From a virus, in IMG/VR virus record IMGVR_UViG_3300044710_000080, positions 11,026-75,025 of that record: a DNA stretch of 64,000 nt; one strand, written 5' to 3'. A program made the position numbers and the translations under genes. Numbering within the stretch: the first letter of the stretch is position 1; every line of letters begins with the position of its first letter. Under the pieces are notes generated by a model, which was not told the DNA's origin, made no database searches, and was given only the letters and a program-made list of their open reading frames with translations. Shown here piece by piece: positions 19,362 through 27,863 of this stretch.

Positions 19362-20540
19362 TCATCGCAGCCACGGCAGCGCCCCTTCCGCCTCCTCCAG
19401 AGTCTCGTATCGGACAATGCCCGGCCGGTTGCGGTGCGATGGCGTTGCGAGGTCGAGCGAGCCGAGCCGGTGCGGCACCACGTAGACCCCGCCATCGTAG
19501 GAGACAAGGTTCATTGAGCCGACGGTGGCGAGGAGTTGGGGATTCGTCGGGGGCGCGAAGATGGCCCCTCCCGGCTTCTCCGTCGGGAGGGGCGCGGTTT
19601 TATCGTCGGACCCCTGAGGGCTCGTTCGTAGTCCTCCATGCTGCACCACCTCGCTTCCCTGCTGGAGGCCAATTCGCTCGAAGACTGAGGTCCAGAACGG
19701 CCGCGCGGCGTGCCGCTCGAGCATCTTGCCCCGCATCCGCTCCGCCATTTCGCGGTCGGCGTCGCCACGGGAAGGGGCGGCCCGGATGATCTGCTCTGCG
19801 TGGTCGTCGGAGCCATACTCGAGGAAATCGACCCCGGGCTCGAACCACGTCCGCGCCGGCGAGTCACTCGGCTCGAGCAGGCAGGCCCCGGCGAGCGAGG
19901 CCTCGACGAACCGGCCTTTGACGTGCCGCTTCTGGCCGGTGCCGGTCCGAGCGTCGTTGATGACGATCCGGCAACCCGAATAGAAGGCGCAGACCTCCGG
20001 GTAGGAAACCCATGCCCCCGGGTTGAGCCATACGAGGCCGCTAGATGCGAGTCGCTGCAGGATGGGGGTCCTAGCACCCCCACCCCCGCAAAAACCCGCC
20101 AGCGTGCCCCGCTGGGGCCAGGGGAGGGGGTTAAACATGCCGGGATCGACCGGGGTGAGCGCCACAAGGCCGAAACGGGCGATCGGGTTCTCCCGGGATC
20201 CGTCGATTGCGACCTGGAGGCGGAACGCCCCGGCGCGATCGTATTCCTCGAGGAGCGGCCACCAGGGCGGGTCGGCGGCGTCGGAGCAGATGTGCACCAT
20301 CGGCGCCACCCCGTTCGCCCGCCAGAGGGCGTCCGTCGTCGGGATCGGGCACCCGTCCTGGTGCGGCATGCAGGCGCCGATGTAGACGATGACATCCGGG
20401 CGGTGCTGCTCGGCGATAGCGCCAACATCGGCGCCGAAGACGTCATACCGGACGACCGCAGTATCGGGGACAACCGCCGTGAACGAGCGGACGAGTTTTT
20501 CAGTGTCGGGCGTTCTTGTAGTGAGGCAAAGGCCCTTCAT
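19362..20540 (-). CDS. Glycosyltransferase (CgeB/Glyco_trans_1_2-like) with C-terminal extension
   Basis: C-terminal Y..FY..CRIVIN..HVKGRFVEA.LAGACLLE..WFEPGVDFLEY; paralog of 21521-22546. Confidence 0.7.
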   Translation of the reverse strand: MKGLCLTTRTPDTEKLVRSFTAVVPDTAVVRYDVFGADVGAIAEQHRPDVIVYIGACMPHQDGCPIPTTDALWRANGVAPMVHICSDAADPPWWPLLEEYDRAGAFRLQVAIDGSRENPIARFGLVALTPVDPGMFNPLPWPQRGTLAGFCGGGGARTPILQRLASSGLVWLNPGAWVSYPEVCAFYSGCRIVINDARTGTGQKRHVKGRFVEASLAGACLLEPSDSPARTWFEPGVDFLEYGSDDHAEQIIRAAPSRGDADREMAERMRGKMLERHAARPFWTSVFERIGLQQGSEVVQHGGLRTSPQGSDDKTAPLPTEKPGGAIFAPPTNPQLLATVGSMNLVSYDGGVYVVPHRLGSLDLATPSHRNRPGIVRYETLEEAEGALPWLR

Positions 20541-20972
20541 GATTTTGCTGCTCGTGTGCGAAGGATGATGTTCAATCCTTCATCTGAGCACGCACGTTCC
20601 GTGAGATCGTTGTAAAGTACCGCCGCCTCATACTGCGATTTGCAGACGACGGTGAAGTGAACCTCACTCAAAATCATCGAAATCCGTCCAGCCTGAAATG
20701 AGAATGGTTCGCTCATGCCGTCACCTTTATTGCGGGTGGAGGTGGACGAGGCCGAGACCGCAGCGACCGATCTACCCAGAGACGCCCCGGTTCTAAGATC
20801 AGGAAACCGGGTATAGGCCGAGCCGTAGGCCCTCTCACTTCGCTGAGACGACATTCGCGCATGAGCCCTTTCCGGACCAATGCTTCCCCCGTCTGCCAAT
20901 TGTCAGGCCAACGGTCAATCCACCCCCGCGGTTCGCGAGCAGCGAAATGCAGCATCTCGCGTTGAGGTGCGC

Positions 20973-21524
20973 TCAACCGCATAGCTCTGCAAACCGTTTG
21001 AATGGCACGCCGCCGGGTTCGCGATATTCAGCCCACGGCCAGCGGCGCAGTATCGATTCGTCCTGAGCTCTGAGTATCGCGGTACGCTCGCCGTCCGGAG
21101 CGAGTGCGAAAATCCACCGATCCTTGACGCTCTCCTGCTGGCCCTCAGACCATGCGCCGTTGCCAGTAGGCGGTGGACGAAGGCGATGCCAAGTCGGCGC
21201 CCACCACCAATTGCAGGCCCGGTAAAGCGTCCCGGTATGGCCTACCGATGGGTCCGAATAGCTGACGATGGTCGTCGCATCCGGCCGGATGGCGCGCAAC
21301 GCGCGCACGAACGCCGCCCATTGTCGGCTGCCGTCGTTGCGGATTCCGCGGATAAGGCACCAGCGCACCAGCTCGAGCCAGTGGCCGGGAAGCCGACGCG
21401 CAGTCGGCGATGCAATCACGATGGCGCCGAACTCGTCCCTCCACGCAACACCGCGATCAACTGCGCCGAGATAGTGGTTCTCGGCGAGCAGTCCAGCGAT
21501 TGATCGGCAAGAAGTCCAAGTCAT
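20973..21524 (-). CDS. mom: Mom-like (GNAT-fold) DNA adenine modification protein
   Basis: NHYLG, LELVRW, IVSYSDP..GHTG.LYRACNW, as in Mu Mom-family proteins. Confidence 0.7.
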   Translation of the reverse strand: MTWTSCRSIAGLLAENHYLGAVDRGVAWRDEFGAIVIASPTARRLPGHWLELVRWCLIRGIRNDGSRQWAAFVRALRAIRPDATTIVSYSDPSVGHTGTLYRACNWWWAPTWHRLRPPPTGNGAWSEGQQESVKDRWIFALAPDGERTAILRAQDESILRRWPWAEYREPGGVPFKRFAELCG

Positions 21525-22546
21525 GCCAGCACCTTCATCCCGATCCGCTCCAGCACCTTACCCCAGAACGCGGAGGGGGAGTGGCGCTCGATGACCTTGC
21601 GGCGGAGCGAGAGCGCCATTTTCTGCGCCTCTTCTGGATTCCCTTCAAGCCATTCCAAGCCGCGTCGAATATCGGAGATTCCTTGATCCGGCCCTTGATA
21701 GCAGCGGTAATCTTTGCCCATCTCAAACCACTGACAAGTGGGCGACATTTCATTCTCGAAGAGCACCGCCCCCGCGAGCGCCGTCTCTATCACCCGCGCC
21801 TTGACGTGCATCCGGTCCCCGCTCCCGGTCGCGGCGTGGTTCCAGACGCAACGGCAGGAAGAGAGGAAATCGCGATAGCCGGCTTGGCTCGGGTCGGTGT
21901 GGTCGCGGTCGCTGATCGTCAGCAGGCCGGCGCCGAGGAGCGAACGGATCGCCGGCGTGCGCGGGTGCAGATAGCCGCCCGGGGGCGGGTCGCCGAGCTG
22001 GTAACTGCCGCGGAAGCCGAGCCGCACCGGCCGCTCCGCCCACGGCCGCGGCGGATCCGGAAACCCGGCGGGGTCGATCGGGCAGAGCCCCGTCATGCCG
22101 AACTCGCCAATCGGCCCATCCCTCACGCCGTCGATGTTGACCTGGAGCGCGAAGCAGCCCGCATCCTGATAGCGCCGCAGCTGCGGCCACCAGTCGGCCT
22201 CCGACCCATCGCAGCACAGGTGCACGAACGGGTGCCGTCGGCCTATCTCGCGGAGCACATCGACATTCGGCATCAGCGCCCCGCCAGCATCGCAGCAGCC
22301 GATCATGAGCACCCAATCCGGCCCCTGCGAATCCACAAGGGCCGGGAGGCGCTCGAAATAGCGATGGTCGGGCAGAACCTCGATCCCCTCTGCGGAGAAT
22401 TGCCGCCGGTGCTGCTCGTAATCCCCCGCGTTGTGCACGTTCATGAGGTCATAGACGATGGGCTTGACCTCGTGCCCGAGGCCGCGCAACGGCTCGTAGA
22501 TCGGCGGGCAGCTGGTGGAGAATGTCCGGAGGACCGTTACGCGCAT
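21521..22546 (-). CDS. Glycosyltransferase (CgeB/Glyco_trans_1_2-like)
   Basis: GFRGS, Y.DFL..CR.VWN, HVKARVIE..LAGAVL.E..WFE.GKDY. Confidence 0.7.
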   Translation of the reverse strand: MRVTVLRTFSTSCPPIYEPLRGLGHEVKPIVYDLMNVHNAGDYEQHRRQFSAEGIEVLPDHRYFERLPALVDSQGPDWVLMIGCCDAGGALMPNVDVLREIGRRHPFVHLCCDGSEADWWPQLRRYQDAGCFALQVNIDGVRDGPIGEFGMTGLCPIDPAGFPDPPRPWAERPVRLGFRGSYQLGDPPPGGYLHPRTPAIRSLLGAGLLTISDRDHTDPSQAGYRDFLSSCRCVWNHAATGSGDRMHVKARVIETALAGAVLFENEMSPTCQWFEMGKDYRCYQGPDQGISDIRRGLEWLEGNPEEAQKMALSLRRKVIERHSPSAFWGKVLERIGMKVLA

Positions 22547-22815
22547 CAGCCTGTCCCCGCCCGTTCATGTTCGGGCGCGCCTTGCTCGCCGCCCCACGTT
22601 GGACGCACGCCGGTTTCCTGTTCGATGATGTCGCCGACGGCATCGCGCATTATGTCCATAAACGCTTGCTTGCGAACCGGATGATCGCGCACGAACGCCA
22701 TCGCGATCGATCCGAGCCAAAGCGCCCCCTCCATAGTATCTGGCATCGCGTAGTAGGCGTTCCAGTTGTTGCCCTCTACGCGCAACGAAAGACGACCAAT
22801 CTGCTGTTTTTTCAT
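22546..22815 (-). CDS. Hypothetical phage protein
   Basis: IGRLSLRVEG..WNAYYA.P.TMEGA..LGSI; coupled to its neighbours. Confidence 0.55.
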   Translation of the reverse strand: MKKQQIGRLSLRVEGNNWNAYYAMPDTMEGALWLGSIAMAFVRDHPVRKQAFMDIMRDAVGDIIEQETGVRPTWGGEQGAPEHERAGTG

Positions 22816-23588
22816 TGCGGCTTCCCCTTCCAGATCGTCCGCGCCCCGGCCGGCAGCATGTCGAGCGGGACATCAACGTTGAACCCGCGCAGACTCGTCA
22901 CGTCATAGCCCGCCCCGTACCGATTCGCCCACCGGGAGAGGAAGAGGGCCATGTCGGCCGCCGTCGTATGGGCTTCCCCAATCCAGTCAGCACCGCCGCT
23001 CAATACTGGCATCTTCCGAGCGTCGTCGGCCAGTACCCGCACCAGCGGCTCGCGCGACCACTCACACCGCCCGCCCGCGCTCCATACCCGCATCCCGAGA
23101 TCGCAGTCCGCGAAGCCGACCCGATAGTCCCCAGTGAGCCAGAGGCCACGCGCAGCGTCGCGTCGGCGCATCAGCGGGAAGTAGGGATAGTAGTTGCCGA
23201 AGACGGTCCCGATTCGCAGCGTAAAGGCTTGGCGCAGCCCGAGGCAGAATGGCGATGGCGGGCCGCCTCGGTCTGCAAACGCGAACTCCCGCGCGAGAAA
23301 ATTGTCGAGCGCAATCTCATCCCATCCCGGCACGAACTCGTGGTCGTCGACCCAGGCGAGGACGAAGTCACCAGTCGTCTTTCGCAGCGCAGCCTCATGC
23401 GCGGCATTAGCGCCTTCCGAGTCGCCCTCCTTTATCCAGACGACGCGGACGCGCCGGTCGAACTTGAGTGCCGGCTCGTAAGGGGAAACGACGATGATCT
23501 CGACATTGTCGTGCACCGTCGCTCGGATATTGTCGAGCGCGCGCTCCAGCGCGGGCGGGTGCAGGGAAGGGAGGGTGATCGAGATCAT
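22812..23588 (-). CDS. Family 2 (GT-A) glycosyltransferase
   Basis: ISITLPS, EIIVV, G...A...A....GD.V...VDD metal motif, ADCDLGMR. Confidence 0.75.
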   Translation of the reverse strand: MISITLPSLHPPALERALDNIRATVHDNVEIIVVSPYEPALKFDRRVRVVWIKEGDSEGANAAHEAALRKTTGDFVLAWVDDHEFVPGWDEIALDNFLAREFAFADRGGPPSPFCLGLRQAFTLRIGTVFGNYYPYFPLMRRRDAARGLWLTGDYRVGFADCDLGMRVWSAGGRCEWSREPLVRVLADDARKMPVLSGGADWIGEAHTTAADMALFLSRWANRYGAGYDVTSLRGFNVDVPLDMLPAGARTIWKGKPQ

Positions 23589-23759
23589 CGCTCAGCCCAG
23601 CGTCGGAGGTCCGGGCAGAATGCCTATTTCTTCGAGCCATATGGTGAAGGCCAAAAGGCCAAAGCTGCAGAGCAATATGCTACCCACGAATAGAATGGAG
23701 AACAGCAGCGGATGGGCATCTTGAAAGCAGATCATGAGATTTAACCTCCTGATCCGCCG

Positions 23760-23788
23760 ATCATAAGGGAAAATCGTCCCCGTGTCTA
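23760..23788 (-). promoter_or_regulatory. Promoter with operator in the spacer, upstream of the glycosyltransferase block
   Basis: TAGACA-CGGGGACGATTTTCCCT(17)-TATGAT. Confidence 0.75.
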
Positions 23789-24247
23789 GTAGCCCGGCCA
23801 ACTCCCGCCAGGCCATGCCCCCCGCCAGCCGGCACCGCCCCAACCACGGCGGGGCGGGAGGTATCGAAACGTCCTGTAGACCTTCGTCAAAGCCCAGAAC
23901 GATGCACCATACTGCGTTTGAATCCAGAACGCCTCGGTATCCGTGATCTGGCTGGAATACTCGGCGCTGACATGGACCGAGCCTTCGGCGGCATCGCTGA
24001 TGCGGCCGACGAGCCCTGGTGCGGGTTGGCCGGTCGATGTCGGCGCGAATATCTTCGCGAAGTGCGCGGTCGCGAAATAGAGCGCCTGCTGGGCAAGCGC
24101 CGTGCTGGTGACCGGGCCGGTCCCGTCGTTCTTGAAGAAGTTGGTCGCCATCCCGAAGTAGAGCAGGACTTGCGGCGACGTCAGATAGGCGAACTCAGGG
24201 AAGGCCGCTTGCCACGCGACGGGGTCGAAGTTGATGATGACGCCCAT
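23786..24247 (-). CDS. Head-tail adaptor (DUF4054)
   Basis: FD..AW...FPEF, AH.A, VGRIS.A.EGSV.VS, QT.YG..FW. Confidence 0.85.
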   Translation of the reverse strand: MGVIINFDPVAWQAAFPEFAYLTSPQVLLYFGMATNFFKNDGTGPVTSTALAQQALYFATAHFAKIFAPTSTGQPAPGLVGRISDAAEGSVHVSAEYSSQITDTEAFWIQTQYGASFWALTKVYRTFRYLPPRRGWGGAGWRGAWPGGSWPGY

Positions 24248-24260
24248 GCGGAAAGTTCCG

Positions 24261-25040
24261 CTAATTCATGGCATTTATTTCAAACAGATTCATGGAGATG
24301 TCGCCCGGGAGCGTCCCAGGATTTCCTGTAACGCAGATGATGATCGGCGCGCTCTCCGTCGCCGTGAGCGCCGTGGGTGCCAACAGAGGCGACACCGATC
24401 CCGCGACCTGCGCCTGCTGGTGGATGCCCATCTGGGTATTGGATCCAGCGATACCGTATTTGAAAATTTCGGCCTGAACGGACCACCCGCTCCCGTTCGT
24501 AAGCACGCTCCCCGTATCGGCGACGAGCGTGCCCCCGTTGACGACCTGACCGATGACGGCCGCAACCGGGTTGAAGATGATCTTGACGCGCTTGCTGTTC
24601 GTATTGCCGCCGAACGAACCCTGACAGGTGATGCATACACCACGGCCGGCGATGTCGAACGAGTTGCCGGGGATCGTATAGACGCCGAGCACGTAGTCGT
24701 TGCCACTGCCGCCGCAGGTCACACCCGCGCTGATCGAACGAAAGATATTCCCTTCGGCCGCAATCTGGGTGCCACCACTGCCAAACCCCGTGGCTTCATT
24801 GGGGGGGCCGTTGCCGCCGTTGGCGAAATCCGCGCCGACATACTGCCATGAGGCCGCGCCGGTCGCGGCAGAACGGCAAAGCCAAGTCCGCAGCGCGCCG
24901 GCGGCCGTGTTGATCCACATCGAACCGGGCTGGTAGCCCTGCGTGTTGTCGTTCGTCAGCCCGGGATCGGTGATGGCCGACCCGTTGTGCACGAACGGAC
25001 CAACGGCACCGCCAACGAGGCGGTCGAGGGTCGAGGGCAT
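24261..25040 (-). CDS. Putative head fibre / decoration protein
   Basis: DPG..ND...GY..GS.WIN......WLC..A..GAASW motif followed by a beta-rich domain; located in the head operon. Confidence 0.5.
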   Translation of the reverse strand: MPSTLDRLVGGAVGPFVHNGSAITDPGLTNDNTQGYQPGSMWINTAAGALRTWLCRSAATGAASWQYVGADFANGGNGPPNEATGFGSGGTQIAAEGNIFRSISAGVTCGGSGNDYVLGVYTIPGNSFDIAGRGVCITCQGSFGGNTNSKRVKIIFNPVAAVIGQVVNGGTLVADTGSVLTNGSGWSVQAEIFKYGIAGSNTQMGIHQQAQVAGSVSPLLAPTALTATESAPIIICVTGNPGTLPGDISMNLFEINAMN

Positions 25041-25069
25041 GGGCGTCTCCTGCTTCTCGGCGCGTCAGA

Positions 25070-25573
25070 TCAGGCGGCCGTGCCTTCCTTCTGGATCGAG
25101 AGCCCCGGCGCGCGCGGCACCCGGTCGTCGCTCGCCACCATGCGCGGCGAACCGTCGGCGCTGCGCACCGTCTTCATGCTCATGTCGAGCGGCTCGAGCC
25201 CGGACTTGACCTTCGCGTGCTCCTTCGCCGCCGCCTGCGCCCGCTCGGGCGATTCATAGGCGAACAGCAGCTTGTTCTTGAGCAGATGCGAGTCCGCGTT
25301 CTGCTCCTTCCACAGCTTCCAGTCCTCGATCGGAACGTTCGGCGTCAGCGCGTAGCCGGCGACGACGAGGCACTTTGGCTCCTCGCCGAACACCTTCTGC
25401 GGGCCGTAGATTTCGATGACCTTGCCGGGGATCGGGTCCGCGCGCTTCTCGGTGCGCAGGCCGCCGCCGAGAACAGGGACCGTGACTTCCCTCGTCTCAA
25501 ACAGCCGGAGCGTCAGGCCCGGGGGGTGCTTGCACGCCACCGTCACCGTCTTTGCGCTCTTGTCGTCCGCCAT
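25070..25573 (-). CDS. Conserved head-associated protein
   Basis: TVTVACK.P.GL.L, GYALT.NVP...W..W, SGLEPLD; usual position after the capsid gene. Confidence 0.6.
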   Translation of the reverse strand: MADDKSAKTVTVACKHPPGLTLRLFETREVTVPVLGGGLRTEKRADPIPGKVIEIYGPQKVFGEEPKCLVVAGYALTPNVPIEDWKLWKEQNADSHLLKNKLLFAYESPERAQAAAKEHAKVKSGLEPLDMSMKTVRSADGSPRMVASDDRVPRAPGLSIQKEGTAA

Positions 25574-25735
25574 CGGGAGCTCCTTTTGCTCGTTCCTTGC
25601 TGCCCAACCAGTCGATGACCTTCGCGTGCCACCGCTGCGGCAGACCGCCCGACACCATCAGCGTGCGGACCTGATTCTCGCCCAACTCCTCGAGCCGGGC
25701 GACGACATCGACCTCTTGCGTGGCGACGAGCGGCA

Positions 25736-26839
25736 TCAGATCCCGATCATCGACGAGATACAGACCGGCATACGGACGACCGCACCGAATGTTCCCCCAG
25801 TTTGCTTCTGTCTAAAGGCGGACATCGCACGAATGATGGGATGCGCGCGCATGCGCTCGTTGAAGGCGCAGTAGCCGGTGTCCTGGCCTTCGAGCGTGCG
25901 CGCGATCAGCTGCGCGAAGTTGCCGCCTGCAACGCCTTGCGGGTTCGTCGAGGAAAGCACGCCGTACTGGATCGCGCTCTCGACGGTGAGCCCGGGGAAG
26001 TTCTTCTTCAGCAAGTCGGAGACGTTGACGTTGAAGGAGTTCGTCGCGGTCAGCGCGCCCTCGGAGATCGGCGAGAGTGCGAGCACCATCTTCGTCTCGC
26101 GATCGACAAGGCCCGCCGTCTGGTTGACCAGCTGCAGGAACATCGCCTCGATGTCGAGGAAGATTTCGTTCGCGGTCGCATTGACCGCGGTGCCGACCGT
26201 CCAGGCCGTGCCGCCGGCCGCCTTCGTACCGGGGGTCAGGGAGGCCGTGAGCGACGGATCGTTGAGCAGGCCGTAGTTCTGCAGCCCCTTCACCCCGAAC
26301 GCATAGGTGAGGTTCTGGAACTTGTTCATCACGGTCGCGGCGGCCTTGTCGACCTCCGAGACCCAGTTGATGCGGCCGAGGCCGGCGCGCTCGAGTTGGA
26401 GCTCGCCGTACTCCTTGACCACCTGGTAGAGGTAGGCTTGGCGCTGGGGCCAGTTCATGTTCACGCCAGCGACGCCGTTCTCGTTCCAGTCGCCGTAGGA
26501 CGAGACCTCGCCGGTGTGCTCGACAGTCGGGAACATCACGGTCTGGTCGAGCCAAGTCCCCTTGCGGACCTCGCCGTAGATTTCCGCGATCTTGTTCGGC
26601 GCGAACAGGATCTCGTAAACCGCCGGGTCGATCAGAGTCGTCAGGAACGCCGGGATGCCGGCATTCGGCGACGTAGTCAGCGTCGGCTGCGCGTCCAGCG
26701 CGAGGGTGTAGTCCCTGCGGAACGGTTCGGGCACATAGCCGAACGGTTCCGCGCCATCGACGAAGCTGATCCCTGCCTCGAAGTAACCGGCCCTGTCGGC
26801 ATGCCAGGCCGCCCGAGCTTCCTGCAGCGTTCCGTACAT
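25736..26839 (-). CDS. Major capsid protein (DUF2184 family)
   Basis: ALDAQP.L.T.PNAGIPA.LTT.IDP, GE..KG.W, SYGD, QRQ.Y..Q...YG.L, YGLLNDP.L, QK.TGGT.GA. Confidence 0.9.
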   Translation of the reverse strand: MYGTLQEARAAWHADRAGYFEAGISFVDGAEPFGYVPEPFRRDYTLALDAQPTLTTSPNAGIPAFLTTLIDPAVYEILFAPNKIAEIYGEVRKGTWLDQTVMFPTVEHTGEVSSYGDWNENGVAGVNMNWPQRQAYLYQVVKEYGELQLERAGLGRINWVSEVDKAAATVMNKFQNLTYAFGVKGLQNYGLLNDPSLTASLTPGTKAAGGTAWTVGTAVNATANEIFLDIEAMFLQLVNQTAGLVDRETKMVLALSPISEGALTATNSFNVNVSDLLKKNFPGLTVESAIQYGVLSSTNPQGVAGGNFAQLIARTLEGQDTGYCAFNERMRAHPIIRAMSAFRQKQTGGTFGAVVRMPVCISSMIGI

Positions 26840-26884
26840 TTTCGGTGCTCCTATGGGTCCTGGTGGCCTCTACCCTGCCGCGCC

Positions 26885-27826
26885 CTAGCCGAGCGCGACC
26901 GCGCTGATCTTCACGAGCTCACCCGCGAGCCCCTCCGACATGGCGATCCACTTCGTCTCGACGTTGAGGTTCGAGCCGATCGGGGAGGACGACATATTCT
27001 GCGCGGGCGTGACGATGTAGGTGCCGGTGCTCCCGGCTCCCGTGCCCAAGGCGACAATCTGCGTGTTCGCCGCGACCCCCGAGCCGGTGACGACGTCTCC
27101 GACCCCGAAGCCGGCGGTCGTGATCGCCGTGACGTTGAGCAGGCCCCAGGTCTCGGTCAGCAGCGCCGAGGCGACGGTCTGCTCGCCGAAATTCAGCAGG
27201 TACGTCCCGGTGCCGCCGATCGAGCCGGTGAGTTGCGAGACGATGGCCGTGTTCGTGATGACGCCGGTGCCGCCAGTGATGAGGCCGCCGATGACCAGCG
27301 TGCCCGTCGCGACGTTCGTCACCGTCATGACGTTGCCAGTGATCGAGGCGTTGAAGGTCGCCGTCGTCGAGGCGATCGTCCCGGTGCCGAGCGCGCCGCC
27401 GATGGGCGAACCGGTCGCCGCGAAGTTCGCCGCCCCGTTCGAGAAGGCCGCATAGGCCTTCTGCCCGATGAGCGCCGTGGTCGTGCCCTCGTTCTTGACC
27501 CAAAAGTCGCCGGTCGAGAACAGCGTGATCGGGAACCCCTGCGGAACCAGCATCGAGGATTCCGCGAGATAGGTCGTGATGAGCGCCTGCTGCTCGCGGT
27601 GCACGAAGCCGGTGACCGGCCCGGTGCCGGTGTTGCTCACGCTCGTCGGCGCGCCGACATCATCGAGCGGTGCGACCGCCCAGGCGAAGCGCCCGACCGT
27701 GACGCCATTCGGCCCCGCGACGAGGCCGCCCGCGCCGGCGAGAACCGAGTTGCGGGGATTGGAACTGGCGAAATCGCCCGCCACTGCTACGGCAGGCTGG
27801 ACCCCGACCTGCGTTTGAAACGGCAT
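26885..27826 (-). CDS. Capsid cement / decoration protein with two inserted beta modules
   Basis: FQ..V..QPA.AVAGDFAS.NPR, VGRFAW, GFVHREQQALIT, GDFW, ETKW...S....GELVKIS. Confidence 0.8.
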   Translation of the reverse strand: MPFQTQVGVQPAVAVAGDFASSNPRNSVLAGAGGLVAGPNGVTVGRFAWAVAPLDDVGAPTSVSNTGTGPVTGFVHREQQALITTYLAESSMLVPQGFPITLFSTGDFWVKNEGTTTALIGQKAYAAFSNGAANFAATGSPIGGALGTGTIASTTATFNASITGNVMTVTNVATGTLVIGGLITGGTGVITNTAIVSQLTGSIGGTGTYLLNFGEQTVASALLTETWGLLNVTAITTAGFGVGDVVTGSGVAANTQIVALGTGAGSTGTYIVTPAQNMSSSPIGSNLNVETKWIAMSEGLAGELVKISAVALG

Positions 27827-27863
27827 GGTGTGCTCTCCTTGCGGGTGTGGGGGCGATTCTCGG

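Noticed and set aside
9189-23788. Classical O-antigen seroconversion cassette
   Set aside because: No GtrA/GtrB, flippase, polymerase or multi-TM transferase. A cytoplasmic contribution to host LPS cannot be fully excluded.
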